This document shows, piece after piece, positions 52,011 to 59,551 of a DNA stretch of 63,550 nt. The notes beneath the pieces were generated by a model. It saw only the letters and a program-made list of their open reading frames with translations. It made no database searches and was not told the DNA's origin. Every line of letters starts with the position of its first letter. Position 1 is the first letter of the stretch. The DNA is taken from contig NC_068993.1 in NCBI RefSeq assembly GCF_001194135.2, positions 17,126,073-17,189,622 of the forward strand, given 5' to 3'. The stretch is from Octopus bimaculoides. Lineage: Eukaryota. The position numbers and the translations under genes were made by a program.

Positions 52011-54157
52011 AAAATAGGCAAATAGAGATAATTAAATTAACAATTATTTATCAATTACAAAATTGGACATCATCTGTGACAGCTGTTTCGATTTAAGACT
52101 TTAGAAATTAATTAGTATAATTTTGAGACAATATGACAACAAAAAACAGTCCTCCATACTCTACCAACATGCCAAAGACCAGCATGGAGGCAACTTGGGT
52201 CAACTTGACATCCGCATCTTATCCAAGCACCCAAAAGACCCAACTCTAAGACAAATATGGGAGTATGTCCTTATAAATGAAACTTCCCCAATACTAAATA
52301 GGAAATAAACATAGATATCATACCCCCATACCCACATTTTACACAGGTAAAGTAGAACAGTTAGTGGGCTTTTATGTAAATAGATGTATGTATGTATGTC
52401 TGTGTGTGTGTGTGTGTGCATGCACATGTATGTATATGTAAACAAACAGGTCTACATACAGACGGGTAGGTACATAGGGTATATGAACAGACAACCACAT
52501 ACGCAAATAGAGATTGAAACACATGACCACATATACACACACACTTTGCTTCACACAAAGACGCATGTCCACACATATGGAGATGTGCACCCATACATAC
52601 AAGCATGGTACATAGCAGCAAAACACACACACTCAGACACGCACATACAAGGAGACAGTTTATTTTGCTATTCAGTGCTTGCCTGCACCCAGAATTATTT
52701 CTTCCATTTGTTAGAATAATGTTTTAATTGTTTTCCAGAAAGCACACAGTCCAAAACTATCTCGTAACCAGCAACCTTCCATCATGGAAAAAAGAACATC
52801 AGCAACTTGGTCACCACGCAGTAGTACCAACTTGGAAGGCCTCCCAATGGAAATTTACCTTGACGGTTCTCGTAGTTCCCCCGTAACACTCAGCAAACCA
52901 ATTCGTACAAGACAGATGCCTGTTTTTAATGTTGGTGATTCTCAGTGTCCCGTCGGACATCAACAACCGTCATTACTCGACACCCATTACATGCCGGGTG
53001 AGGATTTGGGACTTGTTCAGGACAGCATAGAAACCATTCATCCCATTAAACCACTCAATGATGGCTATTCCTATGTTATTCCGGATACTAATTCCTATTC
53101 AGGATGGACAAGCCATTCATCTCTCGACACCCCGTCTAATGGACATAATAATGGTGCTGGAAGCAATGGCAATCTTTTGTATTCACTCAATGGTTTGAGT
53201 TCAACAACAATTGACAGTCAAGGCGAAACTGTGTCCAGCCATTACAATTCTTCTCCTTACCATATGTCACCACCTAAACAACAAGATCTGTATTTTTCTT
53301 CTCAAAGCTCAATAGATAACATTGGACATCAGAGTAACAAAGTGAGTCTTCTTGATCTACAAGACCTTGAAGAAGAGTGTGAACCAGTCACTACTAATGG
53401 TGACTTCCATTTCAATAACATACAGAATCCAGTGCCTGGTAATACTGATGTGTACCCGCCATCCAGAGGTAGACAACGCAGTAATGATAAATTATCAAAA
53501 GAGCCAGATGCTCATTCAAAGTTTGAGCCTTTGTCCAAACTTGATGAACAGATTTTGCTTAAAGAAGGTGGGGATTGCATTGCACTGAAAACATACAAAA
53601 CTAATGCCAACTGCAAGAATGATCCTGCTTTGGTGAAAGTGAGACTTCCAGAAGAGAGAAATGGAGAACTGCCTCCAATGTTACATCGCTTCATGGCACA
53701 CCATGAATTAATTCCTTACCATTCCACAGCGCTTCCAATGCAAGGAAACTCTGAACCCCCTCCACATTTTGTCAAAGATCTTATAAAACAATCTGAGGAC
53801 GTTAAAAATGATGGCTCAGACTATTTCATAAGAGATAGGAACACTTCTTGTGATAATAACAGTAAAAAAAAAAGTTACAGCCCTAAAAAGAAGAATTCTG
53901 GTGGTGCCAATCACAGTAGTTTTGGCAACAAGGGCAATAAAAGTAATAGTGTACATTCAAAAAAACCTGACAACCCTCACAGCATTCGAAAGAGGCCTGA
54001 TCGCAAAGCACTTCCTTCTTCGAAAGAAAAATCAAATGAACTAAAAACTTTTGCTTCTGCACGGACTACTGATGCACCCACATTACCTGAGGAACTCCCC
54101 GCTCATTATTTTAGGGACCCAGAAATCACTCCTGACCTTCCTACAACAGACCTCTAA
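4980..54157 (+). CDS. gp130/Domeless-like type I cytokine receptor, 5'-partial; join(4980..5133,7626..7717,8447..8666,11555..11727,12248..12461,14135..14290,21586..21741,22761..22845,49460..49541,50834..50995,52739..54157)
   Basis: All 11 exons have AG acceptors and GT (one GC) donors with consistent phases. They total 2913 nt = 970 aa + stop with no internal stop. The protein has FN3 repeats (LTPYTMY, LTPGLQY motifs), a degenerate WSxWS (FWSDK), a Dome-like SSSLVWAPC, one TM helix and a Box1-like LPSLPDEP (cf. gp130 WPNVPDP). Family assignment is by motif recognition, not by search. Confidence 0.88.
5249..5427 (+). mobile_element. Retroposon family C 3' end with (GAT)n tail
   Basis: gcacccactacactc...gcggacgttaaacgatgatgat; copies at 2281-2380, 7420-7570, 10640-10860(-), 33820-33980(+), 43985-44162, 57982-58283. 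Confidence 0.85.
5470..5790 (-). mobile_element. RTE LINE 3' fragment
   Basis: KMKGRVYKSCVRAAMLYGSETWCLREREMVILRRTERAMVREMCG...LARANGMR. Confidence 0.8.
6866..7021 (-). mobile_element. Retroposon family C 3' end, inverted
   Basis: Reverse complement of 5279-5427 with 2 mismatches. Confidence 0.88.
7626..7717 (+). CDS. Exon: FN3 N-terminal part
   Basis: ttcag acceptor, gtatgt donor; (V)PEKAPAIPGTYFRMAQQTNKHCSQVILYWK; phase 1 to 0. Confidence 0.88.
8024..8241. mobile_element. hAT (Charlie-like) MITE
   Basis: TIRs CAGTGTTTCTCAACC / CAACGTTTCTCAACC; 8-bp TSD atttaggg / atctaggg. Confidence 0.8.
8447..8666 (+). CDS. Exon: FN3 C-terminal part
   Basis: tttcag acceptor, gtaagt donor; KVPLRFQYGKPQGFLIQYRPKHENW...YELRLYARNDVNFSTGYSTLFIETVDG; phase 0 to 1. 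Confidence 0.92.
8765..9010 (-). mobile_element. RTE LINE reverse transcriptase fragment, internally deleted
   Basis: RVSLDKMQFGFVPGRSTIDAIFLVRQLQEKYLA...KAFDRVP. Confidence 0.8.
11131..11515 (+). mobile_element. tRNA-derived SINE family B, full length, (AAC)n tail
   Basis: GGAGGCGCAGTGGCCCAGTGGTTAGGGCAG head with B box GTTTCGATTCCC; ends 40 nt before an exon. Confidence 0.9.
11555..11727 (+). CDS. Exon: FN3 N-terminal part
   Basis: ccacag acceptor, gtaagt donor; (R)PGQPVNFTAETLPIKGTSLYNLTLSWGRPSIDVKGLKSWRYLLMWCHKSSNIIYNCE; phase 1 to 0. Confidence 0.92.
12248..12461 (+). CDS. Exon: FN3 C-terminal part
   Basis: ttcatag acceptor, gtaagt donor; DDPQWIHLPNSTLEH...KNISSSLVWAPCIFRKDW; phase 0 to 1. 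Confidence 0.9.
13191..13585 (+). mobile_element. SINE family A (an inverted partner lies at ~13790-13935)
   Basis: Family A head, internal microsatellite and tail. Confidence 0.85.
14135..14290 (+). CDS. Exon: membrane-proximal FN3, N-terminal part
   Basis: cttcag acceptor, gtaagt donor; (K)PLEAPSGMNFGDITDKSLLINWDAMKCEESPTQIIEYLIHYCPINSSKTCH; phase 1 to 1. Confidence 0.92.
15615..15832. mobile_element. Tc1/mariner MITE inserted in the TA tract of a SINE
   Basis: TA-CAG...CTG-TA ends; ~50-bp imperfect TIRs (caaaaaaatgtatacacacttcaggaaagg / cctttccagaagtatgtgtacatttttt). Confidence 0.7.
17213..17280 (+). ncRNA. Type I hammerhead, family H2, solo copy with GAAA intact
   Basis: UAUAGAGC-CUGAUGA-GCUGUCCAC-AAAGCUGCAGCUUU-CAUGGAUGU-GAAA-CC[AUU]GG-UC-AAUCUAUG. 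Two mismatches in stem I next to the core. Confidence 0.6.
17340..17660 (-). mobile_element. tRNA-derived SINE family E (CORE-like cttgctcaagaacac segment)
   Basis: Related copies at ~27550-27680, 33110-33340, 39930-40200(+), 48050-48610. Confidence 0.6.
17771..18178. mobile_element. Older inverted-pair copy of the H1 element
   Basis: Left arm tctcatcttgtttgttgtt...ccagccttcttcaggtgt; right arm ...gccgaaatg...caagatgaggac...ttcctcatctc..aaatatagaactgta. Confidence 0.6.
19420..19735. repeat. Compound microsatellite field (TA)n/(CATA)n/(TG)n/(GA)n, representative of many in the window
   Basis: Direct inspection. Confidence 0.9.
21586..21741 (+). CDS. Exon: membrane-proximal FN3, C-terminal part
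   Basis: poly-T + gaag acceptor, gtaaat donor; (G)PASVAHVRGNDTSYILTDLTPGLQYRVWMQAVSPAGEGPVSLPIFSVVVND; phase 1 to 1. Confidence 0.9.
22761..22845 (+). CDS. Exon: transmembrane helix
   Basis: ctttacag acceptor, gtaaat donor; (K)LTSEAIAAIIISIIILICLILSCICAV(R); phase 1 to 2 matches both neighbours. Confidence 0.9.
23336..23742 (-). mobile_element. SINE family A, near full length
   Basis: Reverse complement of family A, ~490 nt downstream of the TM exon. Confidence 0.85.
24520..24583 (-). ncRNA. Inverted decayed copy of the H2 hammerhead
   Basis: Minus strand UAGAGU-CUGAUGA-GUUGUCC...GAUGC-AAAA-CUAUUGGUC-ACUUUA. Confidence 0.5.
24634..24697 (+). ncRNA. Type I hammerhead, family H2 (G12 changed to A)
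   Basis: UAGAGU-CUGAUGA-G(U)CAUCCAUGAAG[CUAAGCA]CUUUAUGGAUG-C-AAAA-UC[AUU]GG-UC-ACUCUA. Stem I 6 bp, stem II 12 bp, GUC triplet. Confidence 0.62.
27724..27948. mobile_element. piggyBac-like MITE (related copies near 24200-24400, 30875-31050, 33400-33590)
   Basis: TTAA|CCCTTTAGTATT ... AATGGTAAAGGG|TTGA. Confidence 0.7.
30118..30163 (-). ncRNA. Inverted, slightly decayed copy of the H1 hammerhead
   Basis: Minus strand GACAC-CUGAUGA-A-GGCUG...CAACC-GAAA-CAUU-GUGUU; one stem II mismatch and the stem III palindrome is broken. Confidence 0.55.
30239..30284 (+). ncRNA. Minimal type I hammerhead ribozyme (Penelope-like variant), family H1
   Basis: GACAC-CUGAUGA-A-GGCUG(10 nt loop)CAGCC-GAAA-CG-U-U-GUGUU. 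Stem I is 5 bp, stem II is 5 bp, and stem III is the palindrome ACGU (dimer-type). Confidence 0.72.
32694..33060 (+). mobile_element. SINE family A
   Basis: Family A head and tail; further copies at ~105-472(-), 20578-20760, 22370-22550, 40670-41030, 46430-46795, 47295-47822, 51820-51975, 55165-55560. Confidence 0.8.
36522..37545 (+). mobile_element. Head-to-tail stack of tRNA-derived SINE family D copies separated by (ATT)n
   Basis: Repeated GAGCTGGCAGAAT..TTAGCA head, GAGTTCAAATTCC B box and GTCGACTTTGCCTTTCATCCTTTC; a second stack lies at 41515-42680. Confidence 0.8.
38211..38572. repeat. Near-perfect 362-bp palindrome (177-bp arms, 8-nt loop)
   Basis: Arms 38211-38387 and 38396-38572; 4 mismatches by my count. 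Confidence 0.95.
38812..39168. repeat. Second, more diverged long palindrome (~160-bp arms, ~35-nt loop)
   Basis: aattataattaagggcatagaagagacc...ctcacagaaat / atttctgtgag...ggtctcttctgtgcccttaattataaat; end coordinates approximate. Confidence 0.85.
41966..42382 (+). mobile_element. SINE family A, full length
   Basis: High identity to 56944-57355. Confidence 0.9.
42750..42958. mobile_element. Older inverted-pair copy of the H1 element
   Basis: tcctcatcttg...ccagccctcttcaggtgt / ctgaagaaggctgg...cagccgagac...caaggtgaggac. Confidence 0.6.
43112..43202. ncRNA. Two inverted, core-mutated hammerhead folds, family H3
   Basis: Minus 43112-43153: AGCUGC-CUGACAA-AUG[GAAA]CAU-GAAA-CUC[U]GAG-UA-GCAGUU. 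Plus 43161-43202: AACUGC-CCAACAA-ACA[GGAG]CGU-GAAA-CUCUGAG-UA-GCAGUU. Confidence 0.5.
43263..43668 (-). mobile_element. SINE family A, full length
   Basis: Reverse complement of family A. Confidence 0.9.
45922..46356. mobile_element. Fold-back/MITE with ~100-bp TIRs, superfamily unclear
   Basis: ggaagcaccaagttggaattt...aaatgctctggactat / atagtccagagcattt...aaattccaacttattggtgcttcc; no clear TSD. Confidence 0.65.
49460..49541 (+). CDS. Exon: juxtamembrane / Box1
   Basis: ctctttgaag acceptor, gtaagc donor; KLVPCRRKYNGIEIDCRIDNLPSLPDE; phase 2 to 0. Confidence 0.85.
50834..50995 (+). CDS. Exon: cytoplasmic
   Basis: ttcttcag acceptor, gtaagt donor; PLYYDDEFDRKSLRRHLPSTKSYDSDDRCSVHTQNSPTAETPLITEPKKRNKTN; phase 0 to 0. 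Confidence 0.88.
52078..52308 (+). mobile_element. Penelope-like element fragment: C-terminal GIY-YIG endonuclease part with an inverted pLTR remnant upstream
   Basis: ORF 52123..52308 SSILYQHAKDQH...DIRILSKHPKDPTLRQIWEYVLINETSPILNRK resembles the H..H / IL / R.I.E...I...P.LN tail of PLE endonucleases. The minus strand at 52078-52090 reads CGAAACAGCUGUC (hammerhead 3' half). Confidence 0.6.
52739..54157 (+). CDS. Terminal exon: long low-complexity cytoplasmic tail
   Basis: ttttccag acceptor 15 codons upstream of the 457-aa ORF 52784..54157; ends ...PDLPTTDL*. Confidence 0.92.
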   Translation, partial: KAHSPKLSRNQQPSIMEKRTSATWSPRSSTNLEGLPMEIYLDGSRSSPVTLSKPIRTRQMPVFNVGDSQCPVGHQQPSLLDTHYMPGEDLGLVQDSIETIHPIKPLNDGYSYVIPDTNSYSGWTSHSSLDTPSNGHNNGAGSNGNLLYSLNGLSSTTIDSQGETVSSHYNSSPYHMSPPKQQDLYFSSQSSIDNIGHQSNKVSLLDLQDLEEECEPVTTNGDFHFNNIQNPVPGNTDVYPPSRGRQRSNDKLSKEPDAHSKFEPLSKLDEQILLKEGGDCIALKTYKTNANCKNDPALVKVRLPEERNGELPPMLHRFMAHHELIPYHSTALPMQGNSEPPPHFVKDLIKQSEDVKNDGSDYFIRDRNTSCDNNSKKKSYSPKKKNSGGANHSSFGNKGNKSNSVHSKKPDNPHSIRKRPDRKALPSSKEKSNELKTFASARTTDAPTLPEELPAHYFRDPEITPDLPTTDL

Positions 54158-54204
54158 TATCTTCCCCCACCAACTTTTCTTTTCTTTTCTTTTTTTTTTC
54201 GTCA

Positions 54205-54210
54205 AATAAA
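54205..54210 (+). terminator. Candidate proximal polyadenylation signal AATAAA (a second lies at 55097-55102)
   Basis: Hexamer 48 nt after the stop. In AT-rich sequence this is weak evidence. Confidence 0.3.
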
Positions 54211-54450
54211 AAATATTATTTGTCAAATATTTGCTGATGGATTTCCTGTCCATTTCTCTCCACTGTAATTTTACTTATTCAGAGATTATGTACAGACTTT
54301 AATTATTGTATTATTATTATTACAACATGTCATGTCATCCAGGAAAAATCCATTGTTCAGACAACACCATATAACAGAACAGTAAGTATTATCGAGTGTA
54401 AATATACAATATTTGTATATCACTTCTGAAGAAACTGTGATATCAATACT

Positions 54451-55040
54451 TGTGAGGTACATTATGAGGTACTTAACATTGATAACATTGTGAAGTACTT
54501 AAGTTTGGTATATCAGACTGTAAGGTACATAACGTTGGTACACTATTGTGAGGTACTTAACAGTGGTAATTACCTTGTGAGGCACTTAACATTTGTATAT
54601 TACATTAGTACAATACATTATGAGGTTGTGAGGTACATAGCTTTGGGATATTGCATTACGAGGTACTTAACTTTGGTACATTACATTGTGAAATACATTA
54701 AATTGGTACATTTTATTGTGAAGTACACTACATTGCTATTTTACAGTGTGAGGTACATTACATTGGTACACTATATTGTGAGGTACTTAACATTAGTGTA
54801 TTACATTGTGAGGTACTTAACATTAGTACATTATGTTGTAAGGTACATTACATTGTGAGGCTGTGAGGTACATTAACATTGGTATATTACATTGTGAGGT
54901 AGATGATATTGTTAAGTAGCATTAGTACACTACATTGTGAGATATATAACATTAGTACAGTGCTACTTTACATAGTGAGGTACATTACATAGATACATTA
55001 CACTGGTACATTGGTATTTTACTTTGTGAAATTTATATAA
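54451..55040 (+). repeat. Degenerate 30-bp minisatellite, ~18-20 units, consensus GTGAGGTACTTAACATTGGTACATTACATT
   Basis: 30-nt periodicity is directly visible at 54661-54840. Confidence 0.9.
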
Positions 55041-56270
55041 CATTGTTACATAATCTATAAAAAAGATTATATTGAAAAACTGCTGCAAAATATAATAATA
55101 AAAATATTAACATTTTCCAATTTTTCTAATGTAACATGTGGCTAATTTATGAATGAACTTGGTGCAGTGGTTGTGTGGTTTAGAAGTTTGCTTCGGAACC
55201 ATAAGGTTTGGTCCAATTTTGTGGCAGTTTAGGAAAGTGTCTTCTGACAAAGCCTTGGATTAAACAATGCCTCGTGAGTGAAATTTGGAAGACAGAAACT
55301 GTAGCAGCCCTTGATGTATGTATTTTGTATAAATGGATTTAAATACTATGCCATATCTGAATCCATAAGGGGGAAGCATCTCTCTAAAGGGACGTAACTC
55401 TGATAAATCTTAGCTTTTTTTTTTTTTTTTTTTGCTAAATGGAAATTGGTAAAAATGTGTACCAGGCTTAAATACTGCAAGTCAATGTAATTAATTAAAA
55501 TGTTTGAAGGTGATGCTCTAGCATGGCCACAGTCCGGTGACTGAAGCCAGTAAGAGAAAAGAAAAGAATGATATCAGGTCAGAATAATTCTAATGTAAAT
55601 ATATCTCAAGAGAGCCCTCAAAGCATCCAAAATAAATCAAAATATTAGCAGAGGTTTTTTTGTTTGTTTTGTTTCTTTTATAATTAATTATGCGTTTATT
55701 GAACCCACAGTTTTAACAAGCTACAAAACTGGAGCTTGGTACAACTAGTGTATAAAAAAAAAAACAAATGTAAAAAGAAGTCTGTAAAAAGCTGCTAGAC
55801 AAATTTTGAAAAATATTTTTCATCTATTTGTCAATTTTTCACATTCTGTTGAGAATTTTTCAAGTCAAAAACTTAATCCTGTAGTAATTGAGCAGAAAAT
55901 ACTGAAAATGGACTTATTTATTCTAATGCTTATAGTGTCTTTACTTGTGGTCAGATTATTGTTAAAATTGGCAAAGAAAATAATTATTTATATGTCTTCA
56001 TGTAAGTAGTCATTTGTTCTACAGAACATTGTGCATGTGTGGTTGTTAATTGATTTCATAGTAATGAAGAAAGAAAAAAAACCATACATGCCAAAAAGAG
56101 GATGAAAAGTAATTTAATACTGATGACATCAGTATTAAATTAAGTGTAATTAGTAAAAGCCATGAACATACAAACAACACAGACAAAAAGAATGTTTTTT
56201 CCCCCTGAACCCAGTTGTAGCTTATTGATTATGACATTTAGATGTAAGCTGTTATTTCCATCAGAAATTT

Positions 56271-56647
56271 GTTGTTGGCACTCCGTCGCTTACGACGTCG
56301 AGGGTTCCAGTTGATCCGATCAACGGAACAGCTTGCTCGTGAAATTAACGTGCAAGTGACTGAGCACTCCACAGACATGTGTACCCTTAACGTAGTTCTC
56401 GGGGATATTCAGCATGACACAGTGTGACAAGGCTGACCCTTTGAATTACAGGCACAACAGAAACAGGAAGTAAGAGAAAGTTGTGGTGAAAGAGTACAGC
56501 AGGATTCGCCACCATCCCCTGCCAGAGCCTCGTGGAGCTTTAGGTGCTTTCACTCAATAAACATTCACAACGCCCGGTCTGGGAATCAAAACCGCGATCC
56601 TATGACCGCGAGTCCGTTGCCCTAACCACTGGGCCATTGCGCCTCCA
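56271..56647 (-). mobile_element. SINE family B, full length
   Basis: Reverse complement of 11131-11515; partial copies at 7067-7236 and 14544-14867. Confidence 0.9.
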
Positions 56648-56943
56648 CATCAGAAATTACATAATCAGGTATGGACAAATTTCAACACATGTGAGAACAA
56701 AGTTGACTGCTTGCTTTTGTTCCACATGTAAATTAATTTGTCAGGCTAGAAACAGCAGCTAAATATCCAGTGTGCATCCACAGTTGTGGTTGATAATCCA
56801 TCTAAATCACTTGATTGAAAATCAGACGGATCAACTGGAAGAAATAGATATATTGCTCTCTGATTATGATTGCCAAATCCTTTTCTGCTATTAATTCATT
56901 GATTAAATCATTGAATAAGTTAAAGGTGTAAGAATTACAAACA

Positions 56944-57108
56944 GGTGCAGGAGTGGCTGTGTGGTAAGTAGCTTGCTTACCAACCACATGGTTCCGGGTT
57001 CAGTCCCACTGCGTGGCACCTTGAGCAAGTGTCTTCTACTATAGCCTCGGGCCGACCAAAGCCTTGTGAGTGGATTTGGTAGATGGAAACTGAAAGAAGC
57101 CTGTCGTA

Positions 57109-57139
<31 letters not shown>

Positions 57140-57355
57140 GTATATGTGTGTCTGTTTGTGTGTGTGTGTTTGTCCCCCTAGCATTGCTTGACAACCAATG
57201 CTGGTGTGTTTATGTCCCCGTCACTTAGAGGTTCGGCAAAAGAGACCGACAGAATAAGTACTAGGCTTACAAAGAATAAGTCCCGGGGTCGATTTGCTCG
57301 ACTAAAGGCGGTGCTCCAGCATGGCCGCAGTCAAATGACTGAAACAAATAAAAGA
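56944..57355 (+). mobile_element. tRNA-derived SINE family A, full length, with internal (TA)n(TG)n
   Basis: A box TGGCTGTGTGG, B box GGTTCAGTCCC; more than 20 related copies or fragments in the window. Confidence 0.9.
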
Positions 57356-57947
57356 GCTATTTTTTATAAGAATACTATACAAAAAAAAAGGAAAACTGTT
57401 GTCACTGTTAACATGTTACAGAATGTAAATAAATGATAGAGGAGGGGATTAAAGTTTTTTTCTTTAGATTAGGAAGTATAAAACGATTAGGAAAAGTGGG
57501 GTTTGAATCATGCTCTTTCGGGCAGTAAGTATAACACTGACAGACATAGTGCGATGCAGATTTGTATTCTACAGGACGTTATAATATAGTTGGTAGTGTG
57601 TAGGTTATCTCGTTTTCTGTTTATCTGTCTCCTGAACGCAAATCTTACTGGATTTATCTACCTTCTCCTCCTTTATATGTAAAGTGGTTGGCATTAGGGC
57701 ACCCAACCATAGAAACCTAGCCAAAACACATAATTGCAACTTGGTGCAGCTCTCGCCAAATCATTCGACCCATTCCAGCATGGAAAATATACATTAAATG
57801 ATGATGATGATATATACTAACAAGAGTGTTACCCATCACATCATGGGTTACATCAGGAATATATTTACCATTGTTGGATTTATCTCCCTTTGCTAACATA
57901 TACTTATATTGTTTTATGCACTATACACATACACACACACATGTATC

Positions 57948-57984
<37 letters not shown>

Positions 57985-58479
57985 CGGTGGCACGTAAATA
58001 GCACCATTTGAGCGTGATCGTTACCAACGTCGCCTTCCTGGCACGTGAAAAGACATTCGAGCGAGATCGTTGCCAGTGACACTGGACTGGCTCCTGTGCA
58101 GGTGGCATGTAAAATACACCATTTTGAGCGTAACCGTTGCCAGTACCGCCTGACTGGCCTTCGTGCCGGTGGCACATAAAAGCACCCACTACACTCTCGG
58201 AGTGGTTGGCGTTAGGAAGAGCATCCAGCTGTAGAAACTCTGCCAAATCAGATTGGAGCCTGGTGCAGCCATCTGGTTCGCCANNNNNNNNNNNNNNNNN
58301 NNNNNNNNNNNNNNNNNNNNNNNNNNNNNNNNNNNNNNNNNNNNNNNNNNNNNNNNNNNNNNNNNNNNNNNNNNNNNNNNNNNNNNNNNNNNNNNNNNNN
58401 NNNNNNNNNNNNNNNNNNNNNNNNNNNNNNNNNNNNNNNNNNNNNNNNNNNNNNNNNNNNNNNNNNNNNNNNNNNNNNN

Positions 58480-58777
58480 CTAACTTGAGTCAAGGAGGTC
58501 TATATAACATAATGCAAACGTGTAGCTTTTTTGTGCTCTTTGTTTGCAGAAAATAAAGAAATAACAGTAATAACGTCAGTGAAAAATAAATATAGCTTAA
58601 GGTATTTTCGCACCCGACATCACAAAATGCGTCTGAATAAACATTGCTGGACAGCAAATAGAGACTCGGACATTGCTTAGAAGATATTTTTCATTTTTAA
58701 CCTTGTATAAAGTACGCACTAGAGATTTTGACCTTTAAACTTTGGGAGAAAAATGCGGATTATACTCGAGGATTTAC

Positions 58778-58779
<2 letters not shown>
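58480..58779. mobile_element. Right end of a probable pogo-like element (left part in the gap)
   Basis: tgcggattatactcgaggatttacgg|ta terminus running into (TA)n. Confidence 0.4.
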
Positions 58780-58833
<54 letters not shown>

Positions 58834-59352
58834 AACTAGAGTGTTACCCTTCACATAATAGGTAATACCAGGAATATACTTTTGCCACTGTTAATAATAT
58901 CAGGTATTGTTACATGTGTAATTAATTAATATTTAACCAGTAATTATTGTTATTCATTATACATTTTATTTTAATTTTATAAATATTTTAAATATTAGTA
59001 TTCATTTCTTATGAGCACCATGAAGTTTGAATAAAGTAACATTATAATGATTTTCCTGTGGCATACGTCCTGATATTCTGTTAATACAGTGACAAAACTA
59101 TACTCTCTAGATGATCTGCCATCTCACTAGTTTTATTTGTGATTATTTTCTGTTTATCAGAATAACAGACGTCATTCTACAAAAATTTAAACTGGTCTTT
59201 CACATACACAGCAACAAAAATGATTTACTTTTTCTTCTATTAGCTTCAACTCCAGTCTTTGAAGGAGTTGTAGAATTCACAAATGTGTGCTACAAATTGA
59301 TCACTTTGAACTCTGGTCATCATTGGGTCCCTTATTCCTGGATATCTACATA

Positions 59353-59520
59353 GCAGGAGTGGCTGTGTGGTAAGTAGCTTGCTTACCTACCGCATGGTTC
59401 CGGGTTCAGTCCCACTGCGTGGCACCTTGGGCAAGTGTCTTCTACTATAGCCTCGGGCCGACCAAAGCCCTGTGAGTGGATTTGGTAGATAGAAACTGAA
59501 AGCAGCCCGTCGTATATATG

Positions 59521-59551
<31 letters not shown>

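Noticed and set aside
54490-54858. 122-aa repetitive ORF as a protein-coding gene
   Set aside because: It is a by-product of a 30-bp unit with one stop-free frame; no ATG start, splice sites or known motif.
54895-54917. TGAGGTAGATGATATTGTTAAG as a let-7 family miRNA gene
   Set aside because: Only the first 8 nt match, and I see no complementary star arm forming a precursor hairpin.
54451-55040. Regularly spaced repeat as a CRISPR array
   Set aside because: Eukaryotic context, and the units are contiguous and degenerate with no unique spacers.
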